Shown here: positions 35,750 to 49,003 of the stretch, one piece after another
Layout: each line of letters begins with the position of its first letter
How positions within the stretch are numbered: the first letter of the stretch is position 1
Origin: Trichodelitschia bisporula
Taxonomy: Eukaryota
NCBI GenBank assembly: GCA_010356995.1
Contig: ML996689.1
Span: 62,001-126,000, forward strand
Length of the DNA: 64,000 nt
Direction of reading: 5' to 3'
Notes under the pieces: generated by a model
The model's input: the letters and a program-made list of their open reading frames with translations, nothing else
The model's database searches: none
What the model was told of the DNA's origin: nothing
Translations under genes and position numbers: made by a program

Positions 35750-37200
35750 ATGAAGAAGCTTACTATTGTGATTAAGCTCGGTAAGTTCGCTCCGCTGTAC
35801 TGGATTAAGCTGACTTTCTAGGTACGAGCTCTATCGTCGACGAAACCACCCATGAGCCGCTCCTCTCCATTCTCAGTCTCATCGTCGAGACGGCGGTGCG
35901 CCTCAAGAAGGACGGTCACAAGGTGGTTATCGTGTCCTCTGGAGCCATTGGCACTGGCCTGCGCGAAATGGGCATGGAGAAGCGTCCGAAGCAGCTGGCC
36001 ATGAAGCAGGCACTGGCAGCCATCGGACAGTGCCAACTGATAGGTCTCTGGAAGCAGCTTTTCGGGCACATGAACCAACAAGTAGGGCAAATCCTTATAA
36101 CCCGCAACGACCTCGACGAGCGCACACGCTACCTCAATGCGCAGCAGACGCTCTTCCAGCTGCTGGAGTGGGACGCCATCCCCATCGTGAACGAGAACGA
36201 CACACTGGCCGTGACGGAGATGAAGTTTGGCGACAATGACACACTGTCTGCTATCACGGCGGGCCTGGTACACGCCGACTATCTCTTCCTCATGACAGAT
36301 GTCGACTGTCTCTACGACAAAAACCCGCGCTCCAACCCCGACGCAAAACCCATCTTCGTTGTCGAAGACTGCCAAACCCTAACCGCAGACGTCTCATCCG
36401 CCGGCTCAGCCCTCGGTACCGGCGGCATGGGCACCAAAATCGTCGCCGCGCAACTCGCCACCTCCGTCGGCGTCACCACCATAATCACCAAATCCTCCAA
36501 GCCGGGCAACGTGCGCGAAATCGTGCAGTACTGGGAAGCCCTCAAAGCCGCACAGCAAGGCAGCGCGCACAACACCCCCCCAACTTCCGGCACAAATACC
36601 CCCTCCCACCCCGTCTCGCTCGCCAACAGCTCCGTCCTCACCCCTGGGGTCTCGACGCCAGGTAGTGAGACCCCGCCGCTCGCCCCCCCGCCGCTGCACA
36701 CCCGCTTCGTGCCCGACCCGCACCCGATCCGCGACCGCTACTTCTGGATCCTGCACGGGCTGGCCCCGTCGGGCATCGTGTACATCGACGAGGGCGCGCA
36801 CAAGGCGCTCGCCAACAAAGCCGGCCTCCTACCGCCGGGCGTCGTCGACGTCGAGGGCTCGTTCGCGCAGAACCAATCCGTGCGGCTCGTCGTGGTCAAG
36901 CGTATCAAGGTTGCGGGCGAGGGCGAGCCGGCGTATGCGTCCGACCCAGCACCGGTGGAGGTCGGGCGCGCGGTGGTGAATTACTCGTCAGTGGAGATCA
37001 AGCTCATTCGGGGGCATAAGGCGTCGGATATTCGTGGCACGCTGGGGTATGCGGATACGGAGTATGTGGCGCAGAGGGAGAATGTGGCTATGTTTAAGGT
37101 GGAGAGGTCGAGGCCGGTGACGCCGGCGCCGGAGGCGGCTGCTCATACGGGGACTGCTACGACCGCTGCTGCGCCGGCTGCGGCTACGACCGAAGCTTGA
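35750..37200 (+). CDS. PRO1: Glutamate 5-kinase with PUA domain
   Basis: IVIKLGTSS across intron 35781-35821, IVSSGAI, ALAAIGQ, PIVNENDT, FGDNDTLSA, GTGGMGTK and a C-terminal PUA domain. Confidence 0.96.
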
Positions 37201-39074
37201 GGAGGAGGGGAAGACGAAGCCTATTCCTACGTCTGCGGCTCCAACTTCGGCTGAGTCGCCGATGATTCCGACGAGTGGGCCGTTGGACGATGATCATGTG
37301 CCTGGGAAGGCGGCTTAGGCTCAAGGGAAGGAGGTACCGCGGAAGGGGAGCCTGACATCAAGAGCTCTGATCTGGAAGACTGGAAGCGAGCGAGAGGGAG
37401 GGTGGGACGGTGGTGCTTCGTTTTTACTTCTGGTGGGCGCAGGAGTAGTGTGTTCTGGCTGCTCTCTGTTGGGTGGGTGGAGATGGCATGTTATGTGTAT
37501 GTGAGTGTAAGGCTTGATACGATGTCATTCTGGCGGCTTTGGATGCTGACGTGGTTTGGGCGGGATGCCTACGGTAATGCAGTTTACGATATATGCGGAG
37601 TTCTGGAGCGGGATAGACAAAATGAATACTCGGAGGCACAAGGCATCAGAGATGTAAGGCGCTTGACGCTCCTGCAGGCCATTCTTCTCAATGAAACTGA
37701 GCAGCCCCATGCCTGGTGATGTGCGAGGTAGAGATGTGCACCATGAATGCTGCGGGTATGTAACTTTGGTCGACGCCACGAGTAGCACTCGGCTCTTTTC
37801 AACTTCCGGCTCTCCACACTCCTCATCAAGAAAAGCACATTTTCCATCCCATCACTGATCCCGTCACTACTCCCGTCACTTGTCTGATCATTTAATCCAC
37901 CATTCCATTCATTCAACCAAGCTTTCCGAACATCCTCTGAATGTTGACCGGTGCATCTTCGCTCCAAGCTGATACTGATATTGGATAAAAGCTGCTGGTG
38001 AACGTATAGGAGTGTGTCTTCAGGTTGTCGTCAGACTTCCATGAGCGCTAGGTTGGTACAGACCTGTCCGCCACTACAGTGTTTAGAAACCTAAACACGA
38101 CAACATCTGATATTATAAAGGGGAGGTAAGCTCTAGGAGATGCCCCAAAGGAGCCCTAGGTCAGACCTGGAACTAATTGCTTTTATGGCACCAGATGCTG
38201 CAATCCTTAAGGTTTCTAAACACTGGTGCGGCGAACATATCTGTAACAACATAGTGCTCAAGAAAGACTGACGATGAGCTAAAGGGATACTCTTATACAC
38301 TCGCCAACAGGTTATGAGCCTGGCTGTGCTTGCAATTCCTTGTGATATTCGAAGGCCCTCCCCAACCCCATTTGGCCCGAGAAGCATGCAAGCAAGCTGA
38401 TTAAGATCTTCAGAAACCCTATAACCCTCACGGGCACTAACACGCGACAAGGCAGTCAGTTTTGTCAGCTCTACCGTCTAGAACCGCGTTGGACCATGAA
38501 TCACACTGGAAGGCATGGCACCGATGCTTCAGAGAGATATCCGGCTTCTGGAATCTCTAGGCCCACATCCGGGGTGTTGCCTCACTGAATCAGGCGATAA
38601 TAGATATTCAGAAGCTCGACAGCCTCCTCAGAGCTTGACTCTAAGTGAGCAATTTGGACAGACCGTGGAACGGTTCGGAGAACCCCTCGCTGAAGCTTGT
38701 CGGCACCGGTAGATTGCCCGAAGCGGTCACTTGTATCTCGTCTGGCGGCAGCTCCGAGGCTTCATCGTCTCCTCCTGACAAGAACTGTGAGCTGGTCTCT
38801 CAGGGAGCTTGGTGGTTCACGACAGGGACATGTACGACGCCAAGTTCCATCAGTGACCGCCTCACAAGCACATGGTTGAAGAGCAAGGACACGTTCGCCC
38901 CTCGAATGAGACTGAGAAGCACGAGCACTCGGAAGTAACAGCTGCGGCGGCAGCATCTGGGATAGGGCGCTGCTAGATACGCTCAACTGGTATCTGTGAA
39001 GATGGGTAACGGAGAATATTGAGGCTGGGACTATCACCGCGTAAATAACCCAAACAGTGACCACTATCCCCTCA

Positions 39075-41481
39075 CTACTTCTCATCCCCAAAGACCTTCA
39101 CCGTCCACATCCCCCCAGCTGACAGACAATGCTCCCCCACCCCCCCATCCTCACCCACGACCACCTCACCCACCTCCTTTCCCCCCGCATCCACCACGCT
39201 CGCCCGATCCCCCGGCTTAGTATGATACAGTCTGATCTCCCCCCCCTCCCCAACCCAGTCATACCCAAACCCGCCCTCCCCCTCCTCAGCCCCAACCAGC
39301 AACACCGTCCCCTCCCTCACATAAAGCGGCAACGTCCCAAACCCATGCTTCTCCTTGAGCCACCTGGGGCCCACCACCGTCCTCCCATCCCACCAACTCG
39401 TCCACTTCCCCTCAGGCAGATAAACATCCACCTCCCCCCCCTCCGTATACACCGGCGCCACCAGCAGCGCGTCCCCGAGCATGAACTCGCGATCCACGCT
39501 CCACGCCCCCGGATCATGCGGGAACTCTAGCGCCACAGCGCGCACACTCACAGGCCATCCCTTCAGCGCCCCCTCCACCGCCTGCGCCAATATATACGGC
39601 ATCAAACTCCTCTTCACCCTCGTAAACGTCCTCAACACCCCCGTCGCACTCTCCCCCCCCTCCCCCTCCTCAATAAGCCACGGCACGCGATAACTCCCAC
39701 TCCCATGCAGGCGGCTATGACTGCAGAACAACCCCGTCGCCACCCAGCGCTTGTAAATCCACGCCGGCGGCCGCCCCTCAAAGCCCCCGATATCCATGGA
39801 CCAGAAACTGAATCCCCCGAGACCGAGACTCAGTCCGCCGCGTAGGGACTCTGCGAGTCCGGCCATAGTGGACTCGCTGTCGCCGCCCCACACGAGGGGG
39901 AAGCGCTGGGTGCCCGTCGTCGCCGTGCGCGCGAACAGGACCGCTTGCCCTGGGGCATGCGCGTCGAGAGCGCGGTATACGAGCGCGTTATACGCGAACG
40001 CGTAGTAGTTATGCATGCGCGCCGGATCAGACCCGTCATGCCACGCGACTCCCTCGTGCGGAATCCTTTCGCCGAAGTCCGTTTTCAGGCAGTCGACGCC
40101 CGCATCGAAGAGTTTGCGCAGGCAGCCGACGTACCACTCGCACGCCGCGGGGTTAGTAACGTCGATGAGGCCCATGCCCGCCTGCCAGAGATCCCATTGC
40201 CAGATGGACCCGTCGGTGCGCTTGAGCAGATACCCGTTCTGCGCCGCGTGGGTGAACACAGGGGATGCCTGGCCCAGGTATGGGTTTATCCACGCGCAGA
40301 CCTTGCGCGTGAGGCCGGAGGCTTTGAGACGTGCGATGGACTCCGCAGGCGCCGGGAAGGCCTGCGTGTCCCACTCGAAGTCGCACCAGTGGAAGGCGCG
40401 CATCCAGAAACAATCGTAGTGGAAGACTTCCACTGGAATACCCCGCTCGGTCATGCCCTCCAGAAACCCGCTGACCGTGGCCTCATCGTACTCCGTCGTG
40501 AAGCTAGTGGTGAGCCAGAGGCCGAAGGACCAGGCTGGCGGGACGGGGGCGCGGCCCGTGAGGATGGCGTATTTGGTTAGGACCTCTTTAGGGGTCGGGC
40601 CGTGGATCAGGTACCACTTGAGGCGCTGGCCGGAAACGGAGGCTTGCACGCGGGAGCAGCGCTCCGAGCCGATTTCCAGGTCCACGGCGTCGGGCGTGTC
40701 GATGAAGATCCCGTAGCCCCGCGACGAGAGCCAGAAGGGGATGTTCTTGTACGCGAGGTCGGAGGACGTGCCACTGTCCCCATTAGCCCCCTCAACCCCG
40801 AAAGCCAACGCACTCACCCATCCTCATTCCAAACCCTCACACTCTGCCCCACCTTATTCCACGCGCCAAACCTCTCCCCAAGCCCATGAACACTCTCCCC
40901 AACCGCAAGATCCGTCTGCGCAAACACGAAGTGCTCGAATCCGCGCATGTCCCCCGTGGCCTTCATATTTCCCGGCGGCGGAGTCATCGCAAAGCCCACA
41001 CTCCTAAAGCCCAAGCTCGTAACCTCCCTCCCCTCGCCATCCGTAAACGCAAGGCTGAAATTCCGCCTATCCGCGCCCACACTAACACCCAACCCCCCAC
41101 TCCGCAGCGTAACCGCGCCATCATCCTTCCACTCCAGCTCCGGGTTCACCTCGGGCTTGCCGTCGGGATAGAGCTCGAAATGCGGTCCCGGCTGAAGATC
41201 CCCCTTCCAATGCACCACCTCAAGCGAAATAACCCCATCAAACGCCGCCTCGAGGTTAATCGTCAGGGTCGGACAATTAAGCGTATCCCCACGGTCGCGG
41301 ATCTGCTTCGTTGGACAAAGCAACTCAAGTCCATGTGCCGCCGTTTCTTTAACCGTGTAGATATGCTCCGCATAACTGACCGCCTTGTCCGCGGCCGTGA
41401 GCCACATGCCTAGGCCCAGGTTAGCTAGCTTGCCCAGCCACAGCGGGCGCGAGCGAGCGACGTACCATCGCGGAACTTCAT
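39075..41481 (-). CDS. GH31 alpha-xylosidase, YicI/AgdD-like, no signal peptide (cytosolic)
   Basis: Spliced start MKFRDGMWL (introns 41410-41465 and 40774-40817). Motifs RGDTLN, GLGERFG, WNEDGGTSSDLAYKNIPF, WLTTSFTT, DCFWM, nucleophile KTDFGE, acid/base WSMDIGGF and SHSRLHG. Confidence 0.92.
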
Positions 41482-41872
41482 TTTGCAAGACAATGGGGTA
41501 CGATTGGGCAGAAGAGTTGACTCGCGGGCGGCGGGGTATATACGGTACCACAGTACCGTGCCCTGCCCGGCTGCGGAGGAATTAAGTTACCTCAAGCAAT
41601 GGGCCGGGGGTGTGCGCAATTGCCCCGGCCGGGATGGGCCGGTCGGCGCGGCTGGGGGTGCGGGGTGGCGCGGGGCGCGAGGCTCGGGGCGCATCACAGC
41701 GTGGCATGATGGGGTGGCAGGTTACAAGCTTCGGAAACAAGAGTTCGGCTGGTAGTGCTTGTCGCTATGCTACCATACCCCACATCGCAAGCTAGTTCAA
41801 GCTACCCTGCCATGAGCTAACAGTAGCTACCCCACCACGAGCTATCCCGAGCTGTCCTACTGCCGTCCAAAA

Positions 41873-43607
41873 TTAGACCTTCAACCGCGTTGCTAGAATC
41901 CAAGCCGCGGTGTAGAAAACCTGTCCGCGTCAATGGCCATGTTACGACGGCGATGTCACGACAGCTCGGAGAACTTACTACGGAAGCAAAATACGGCGCG
42001 CCGAGCCCCGCGCCGCCGATCCCAATACCCGCGGCCCAAATAGCCGTCATCAGCGGCGTGCCGACTAGCGTGCCGACCGTGCGGGCGAGCATCACGATGC
42101 CGTAGTCCTGCGTACTTGCGCCGATGTGCTCGTCGGTTACGGCGCGGCTTTTGATGAGCGACATGGTGAAGACAGGGAGGGCGGAGCCGGAGGCGTAGAT
42201 TACGAAGGCTAGGTGGGGGATTAGTTCTAGCTTGCGGGGCGGAGAAGGGGGGACGGACAGATGATTAGCATCCACATTTTTGAGGATAGGGCGATGCAGA
42301 GGGCGCCGAGGACGGAGAGGAGTAGGGTGAGTTTTGTGCCGGCGCGGTTTATGGCTGTGCCGTCTAGTGCGGAGCGCGTGAGGAGGCAGCGGACTGTTGT
42401 TGGGACGATGATGGTCAGGCATATGATGTTGACTGCTGCCTTGAGGGAGAGCAGGTAGCCCGCCTATACTGTCAGAAGCCACCTCCGGCGCCGCAAGGAC
42501 AGTGATCTCACATCGGCAAATGTCCACCCGTACCGCTTCGAGATGTACTGCACCAGTACAGGCGTATTCGAGCTCGCCAGCGACGCAAGGCTGAAAATGC
42601 CGAGCAGGATACTGAAGTTCGTGCGGCGGATAGGTAGCTTCTTGATGGTGGATAATCCTTCGGCGAACTTGCTCACCGCACGGCTGAGCATGCTCTGCTG
42701 CCCGCCTCGTGGGACAGGGTCGAGCAATGAGCTGCGCTCTGCCTCATCGCCGCGCTCGCGAAGTTTGGCCTTGACCAAGGGTCGATTCGGAAGCACCAGA
42801 AGCAGCGGCATTGCAGCGAGCAGCAGTCCAATGCCGAGCCAGAACGGCGCCCAAAGATTCCAGGTCATGGTGCGCGCGGCGATGGACGGGCTGAGCAGGG
42901 CCACGATGTACGAGACGGAAGATTGGTACGCAAAAGCGGAGGAACGATGCATCTCAGTGCTCGAGATCTCGATGATGACGCTCGCGATGCTAGACTGGAT
43001 GACGCAGTCCCCGCCGCCAAAGAGCGAGAACAGCGGCGCGAAGAGCATGGCGTAGGTGGGTATGGTGTCGAAGTAGCCTAGCCGTCAGACGTCTTCCGCA
43101 TAGCGTACAGTACACATACCAACAACCACAAGCCACGAGTACATCAGCGCCAAACCGCCCAAATTCGCGCACAAAATAACCCTCCTCCACCCGCGATCCG
43201 CAAGCACGCCCAGCGGAAGTGTCACCAGCAAATCTAACCATCAGCCGCATCCCCACCAGCACACCAGCACACCAGCACCTACCACAAACCACATGCCCCG
43301 TCTCCAGCATCCCCACCAACCACGCCAAGCGCGTCTGAATACCATCCAACTTACACAGCCTTTCAGGCACATCCCCCCCCGGCCCAACCACGCCCGGATC
43401 CCGCTCGAGGTAATACTCGCGACAATACCGCAACTCAACCACACGCGTGAGCGGGAGGTTCATCATGCGAACCGCCATGTTCTGGCACGCGAGCAGGGCG
43501 AGCAGCGCAGCGAGCCGGAGCGCATAGCGGGGATCTTTGGGCGGAGGCGCGGCTGGCGCGTCTGGCGCGTCGGGGGCGGGGACGCTGGACTCAGGTGAGG
43601 CCGTCAT
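41873..43607 (-). CDS. MFS transporter (SLC46/UstT-like clade), multi-exon
   Basis: TRVVELRYCREYY..VPERLCKLDGIQTRLA, FSLFGGG, VQYISKRYGWTF and LGAPYFAS. Several short canonical introns. Confidence 0.8.
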
Positions 43608-45439
43608 GGTTGGGTTGGGGGCTCGGGTCGGCCGTTGCCATGGCTTTTGAAGGGGATCCAGTGTGGGCTGTATTTGTTCGGAGGTTGGTGGAGTGTGAAG
43701 GTAGGCCCGCGGCGGGATGGGTGTCGATCGTGGTGAATGGTGTTGTCCGCACGCCAGTAGGTCCGTGCACGTGAGGCGTTTCGTACGTTCAGCCTTCCTC
43801 ACAAATGGGAGTCCTCTCGGGTTCTTGAGTACGGATATTATGCAGGTCTCAGTACAGCATAATTCAGCCGTGACATTAGCTCCCCACATAGACTTTAATC
43901 GTCATTATAGCAGTGCAGTACGGTGACCTGTGAACGATGCGATAGGCTTATCGATAAGGACATATCACTGCTTTGAGCCAAAGAGAAGCTGCCTTCTGGC
44001 CATTATCGTCGAATACCACAACAGTCTTTGAGCGATCAAAGCGAGCTGGAACAGGTCTGGGAACCCATAGCTCAAGAAGCCCAGGCGGTAAGTCCTCTTT
44101 AAGCTCGGTCGGGCGCTCAAATCTCCGGGCCCCACTGGCGGCCTCTAAGGCGACACTCTCGTCAGCAAGTTGGCAGGTACTTGAGGACAGAGACTTGCCA
44201 GTCCCAAAATCCCGCGCTCCTGGGATTTTCTAACTTGCAGAAATGGCTTTGGCATGCACGAACAATGTGTATCTCTTGCTGACGCCCGCATGTCCTAACG
44301 TCCTAGCTGTTGAGATGGACCACTCCCGTCCATTTGCCCAATACGGTCATCTGCACAGCCGCCGTTTCCGCAGTTCCCACTCATCAATGCAGAAAAAGCC
44401 CTGCAGACGAATGCCCCGCCTCACTTAACCACCGCCCCAATGCATTACCTGCTAGCAATACGCATATGAAGCCGCGAAAGTGGATCCAATACCGCCCAGA
44501 ATTGTTCGGAGCTTTGGAGTGAAGAAAGCTTCCACGACGTTGTGGGGCAGCAGTATCCAGTGATGCAGGAAGACGAGTCAAGAACCTGCATTCCCTCCGC
44601 AAACCGTCGACATCGGAGAAGTGTCTCGGCAGGACTGCAGCGATCGGCGGGTGGCTGCAGATGGCGTTGTTAGGGACGGGAGGCCGGAAGGAGCCGTGCG
44701 GGGCACGAGGGGAGGGGCGGGGGCGGGGCAGGTGGAATGCTCCGTTGGCGACGGCATTGGCGATGTAATGTGGCATCGGACAGTATTTTCTCTGCGAATC
44801 TTGCTAACACCTCGTACTCGGTTGTACGTGGTGTCGCTGTCTTCAGTTCGGCCTTCGGAGTATGGCAGTCACGGCCCAAGGGGCCTTATGTAAACAGCAT
44901 ATTGTACCCCACAAGCGCTTTCGACGCCCCGCAGGAATGCAGGTGCAATGCCCAACCATGAACATCCATTTTGCATTGCAGCACACTAACCACGCACAGA
45001 GAATACGAGGCATACCGCCTGACTCTTCTCTTCTTGCTGCGAAGGTAAGCGCGGCAGCAGAGAATGCGTTGGTGTTGTGGAGCCTGGGATGTAGCTGGTC
45101 CTCTCACTTCAGCCACTAGTTCATTCCCTCGCCTGGATCCGAGTGGAGCGATGCATGATAGGCTAGTGGTAAGGCAGAGAGCAAATATCTGAGGAGAGTG
45201 GGAATGATGGGATCCGGAGGGTAATACAGGTGGGGCTATCAGAATGGCTGGTGGGAGATTCAGTTCGGCAAAGTCCAGAGTGTGGTGATGGCCTGGCGAG
45301 CTGAGGGGTAGTATGAGAGCCCTTTATCTTCAGGGAAGAGCTACAGTTCAAGGAGACACGTGCAGTGGTGACGGTGTGATGTGAACGATTAGACAAAGGC
45401 GAAGAGAGAAAAGAAGAGAGAGAGACGAAGCTAAACTAA

Positions 45440-46782
45440 AATACATGCGGCGGTCCGGCGGCGCACGCGGGCCCTCGTCCCCCTGCCCGTCCTGGGCATC
45501 GCCGTCCTCGAAGGCACGGCTGATGATGTCATCCATGCCGACGGTGTACGACAATGGACGAGCCGAAGGCGGTTTGCGAGGGACCCGGGACACCCTCAGC
45601 CTCATCCGCAACAGGCGCGTTGCCGCCCGTCCCTGTCTGCACATAGCTGTACTCACGTCCCATGTGTGCTTTCCTTTCATCATGCGTACCTTCCGTCATG
45701 AGCGGCCTTCCAGGCTAACATGCTCCTTCACGGACACGCAGGGCTGTGGGGATCTCATTGGGAGACAGGCCAAGCCGAGTGATTTTCGCGTTGTTCAAGG
45801 AGTCTTGAATTCAGCCAACGGTATCCGGTCGACTCGACCTTGAACGCGTCCTCGGGGAGCGACCGACTCGCGGCCATGCCCGATGTTCAATCCTTTCATT
45901 CCAGTACTGAAAACCCCGCTTCAAATGTTTCTGACAATGTCAGGTATGAGCGCCTTGACGGTCGGGTACTGACGATCCGGAAACGTAGAAAACCCAGTCA
46001 TCTTGAGCCCTGTTTACTAACATGTGGAGATAGCATTTCAATGGGAGCCCTCCCGAAGGTCGGTAACAAAAGCCTACGCCGGTTGTTAGTACTCCCTAGG
46101 GCGGGGGATGTAGATGTCGTATACCGTACATACCTCCATCTTCCTGGTCGTTTTGGACTTGTATTGCCTAATTCCGTCCATTACAATCTTCCGTCCGACG
46201 TCGTACTCCCATCCAAGCGGGCCGTTAGCGGGGCCGAATACCTCCGTCCAAGCATCGTCAACCTGGAAGCTTGATGTGTAGAGGAAGGCCTCTAAGCGCG
46301 CCCTAACAGAGATGATGCGCATCCGCTGGTCAGTTGCCGCTTCGGCTTCCTGGACATCCTGCTGCATCTAGGCCTTGGCTCGGCGCTTCCGCTTCTTGGA
46401 CGCTCCTTCGAAGCGCTCATGAATAAGCAGCTCGCGGGGCATGGTGCTGATCCATTGTGACCCTCTGCCCGGGCGGACCTGTTCTTATTAGCATAAGCAT
46501 CAAACTTTGCGGCGTAAACTCACAATCTGAATACTCGCGTTCGCATATCAGCTTCTACTCCTTCCCCATTTGCTACGCAGGGGGGTTTTTCATTGGGTGG
46601 TGGATTGCCGGAGGAAGGAGATATTCCCCACATTTTGAGGACTTTGTCCACTTCTTGGTATTGGTGTTCAAACGGTCTGGACATTGTAGAGGAAAGGCAG
46701 TGAGAAATGCAAGAAATCCCTTACATAATCACCTTCGGATATTCTTCACGGCACCACTCGTATCTGAACGTCGGGCTGCCAT
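45440..46782 (-). pseudogene. Decayed multi-exon gene of unknown function
   Basis: ATG at 46782. Intron-like segments 46677-46732, 46479-46523 and 46074-46133 join exons in one frame, interrupted by TGA (46548-46550), TAG (46368-46370) and further stops. The 3' boundary is approximate. Confidence 0.45.
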
Positions 46783-47304
46783 TGCGGTGTGGTGTGACGA
46801 AAGTAAACGGCTGTTTTGACTGATATCGGCATCAGCTTGGAGCGAAAATGAACAGCCAACATTCAGAGGAAGTTTGGAAGATGGCTTGCATGAATTGAAT
46901 GATGGGTTGCATGACGGCACGAGTGATGAACGAGCGATACGATGAAGGATGGGCTGAGTGATGGGTTGAGTGATGAAATGAGTGATGGGTGGAGGTGTTG
47001 GGTTGAGGTGTTGGGTTGAGGGTTGAGGGTGTTGGGTTGAGGTGTTGGGTTTTTATGGGGAGGTTGAGACTTGAAGTTGGGAAGGAGCCGTGGAGGTCTC
47101 GACTAGGGCTACACAACCTCAGCATCATGGCCTTCCTCACAAATTTACACTCTCAGGAAATGACGTCAACTCATACGAGGTAGTAGCCTAGCGTTGGCTA
47201 CAGCATTCATTTTGTACCGACACCGAGATTTGACACAATTAATCGCCAGTCATGTCCAAGTCGCCTTCGTCCACCCACCGTTCCGCCAACATCTCCATCC
47301 TCGC

Positions 47305-49003
47305 TCATGCCTTCTCCGCCCTATGCTCCACAAGCTCGACATCCCTCTTCTCCAAGTCCTTCGGCAAGGCACCTAGCGCGCGCTCACCAAACAGCAAATC
47401 AATCTCCTCAAGCGACAGCTGCTTCGTCTCCTTGAACACGAAGTAGATAGTCGGAAACGTGATGCACGTGTTGAACGCTATGAAGATGAAGTAGAACTTC
47501 CATGTAATAGCTCCGAGAGCCTGCCTCTATCAGTTTACCACCAGGCCGAGGGATAGAGGAGACTCACAATTGGCGACACCTGCGCCCAAAACGTGCTAAC
47601 GAGCCAATTCCCGATACCAGTCGCGAACGCACTGCCCCGCGCACGGATCGGCATCGGCATGACTTCGCTGGCGTATGTCCAGGATATGGGACCGAAGGAC
47701 AAGCTGAAGATCACGGTGACGCAGAAGACAAAGAACACGCCTGCGATGCTCATGCCGTGGTTCGGGTGGTCGTTGTCGATGCGCGAGCCGATGACCGCGA
47801 CGCAGATGAGCGCGACGGTGATGCCGACCGTACCGAAGAGGAGGGGACGCCGACGGCCGACGCGGTCGGACAGGAACCAGATGAAGAATAAGTCTGATGA
47901 CAGGTTAGGGAGAGGAGGGGTGGAAGAGGGTGGACCGACTCGTCACTGGGCCTACGACGTTGTAGATCCCCGTTACCAGTAGATTCTTGCTCCCTGTGAT
48001 GCCCAGGATCTTGTACATGATCGTGGCGTAGTAGCCGAAGACGTTGACTGTGTTGTGTTAAATCTGTTCTTTGGGACGAGGGTGGGTACCGTACTCCCGG
48101 TGAACTGCGTGAAGACTTGCATCAGGGTCGCATGCATCAGCCGCGTCCGCCATTGCGGCACCGTAAACATAACCTTCCAGCCGGGCGCCGTGATAGCCTT
48201 CTCCGCCTCGATGGTAGCCTTGATCTCGTTGAACTCTTGCAAGATCCACTCCTCGTTCTGGCCATTGAAGTGGAGTTTCCTCAGCTGCGAAGGTCAGCCC
48301 CACCCCTCAACAACAGCAGCATACATACCACCTGCAGCGCCTCCTCCGCGCGATCCTTCTCGACCAACTGGCGCGGACTCTCAGGGAAGAACAGCAAGCC
48401 GAAGATGATAACCGCGCACGGCACCACCTGGAACGCCAGCGGAAAGCGCCAACTAAACGCAGAGTTCGGCAGCTTGCTGCTCCCATAGCCGACCCACGTC
48501 GACACAATGAAGCCGACTCCAATCATCTGCTGCGTTATGCCGATCAAGAAGCCACGGGTCTTCGGATGCGCACACTCGCTCTGGTAAACCGGCACACTCA
48601 TACTCATGAGCCCAACCGCCCACCCCGCCAGCACGCGGCCCACAAGCATCATCGCCAGATTCTGCGCTGCGGTCTGCAAAATCGCGCCGAAAAGACAGAT
48701 GATTGCGCCCATCTGGATCGTCCACCGCCGCCCAATCCGGTCCATGACGAAGCCGCCCATGAGAGAGCCGAGACATGCGCCGCCGTTGAACACGCTGTTG
48801 ATCGCGCCGATGATGGGGCTTGTGTCGATGGTGTTGAAGAAGTGCAGGAAGTGCGGCGATTGGATCACCTCAGTCATCACGCCGGCATCGTAGCCGAAGA
48901 GGAAGGACCTGGCCCGTCAATCAGCCTTGCGCTCGTCCAGAGGCAGAGCAACTCACCCCGTGCCCGCAAACACGGCCAGCGCCGCTGTGAACCACACGCC
49001 CAT
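47305..49003 (-). CDS. Sugar porter (SP family) MFS transporter
   Basis: GSFLFGYDAG, DRIGRR, PVYQSECA, WRFPLAFQ, PESPRQL, QFTG, GPISWTYASEV and KETKQLSLEEID. Multi-exon. Confidence 0.93.

Noticed and set aside
37900..39050. Short ORFs between PRO1 and GH31
   Set aside because: No codon bias, motifs or coherent splice model that I can support.
39075..41481. Recent bacterial horizontal transfer of the YicI-like GH31
   Set aside because: Has spliceosomal introns and host-like composition, and the AgdD/AxyA clade is already known in filamentous fungi.
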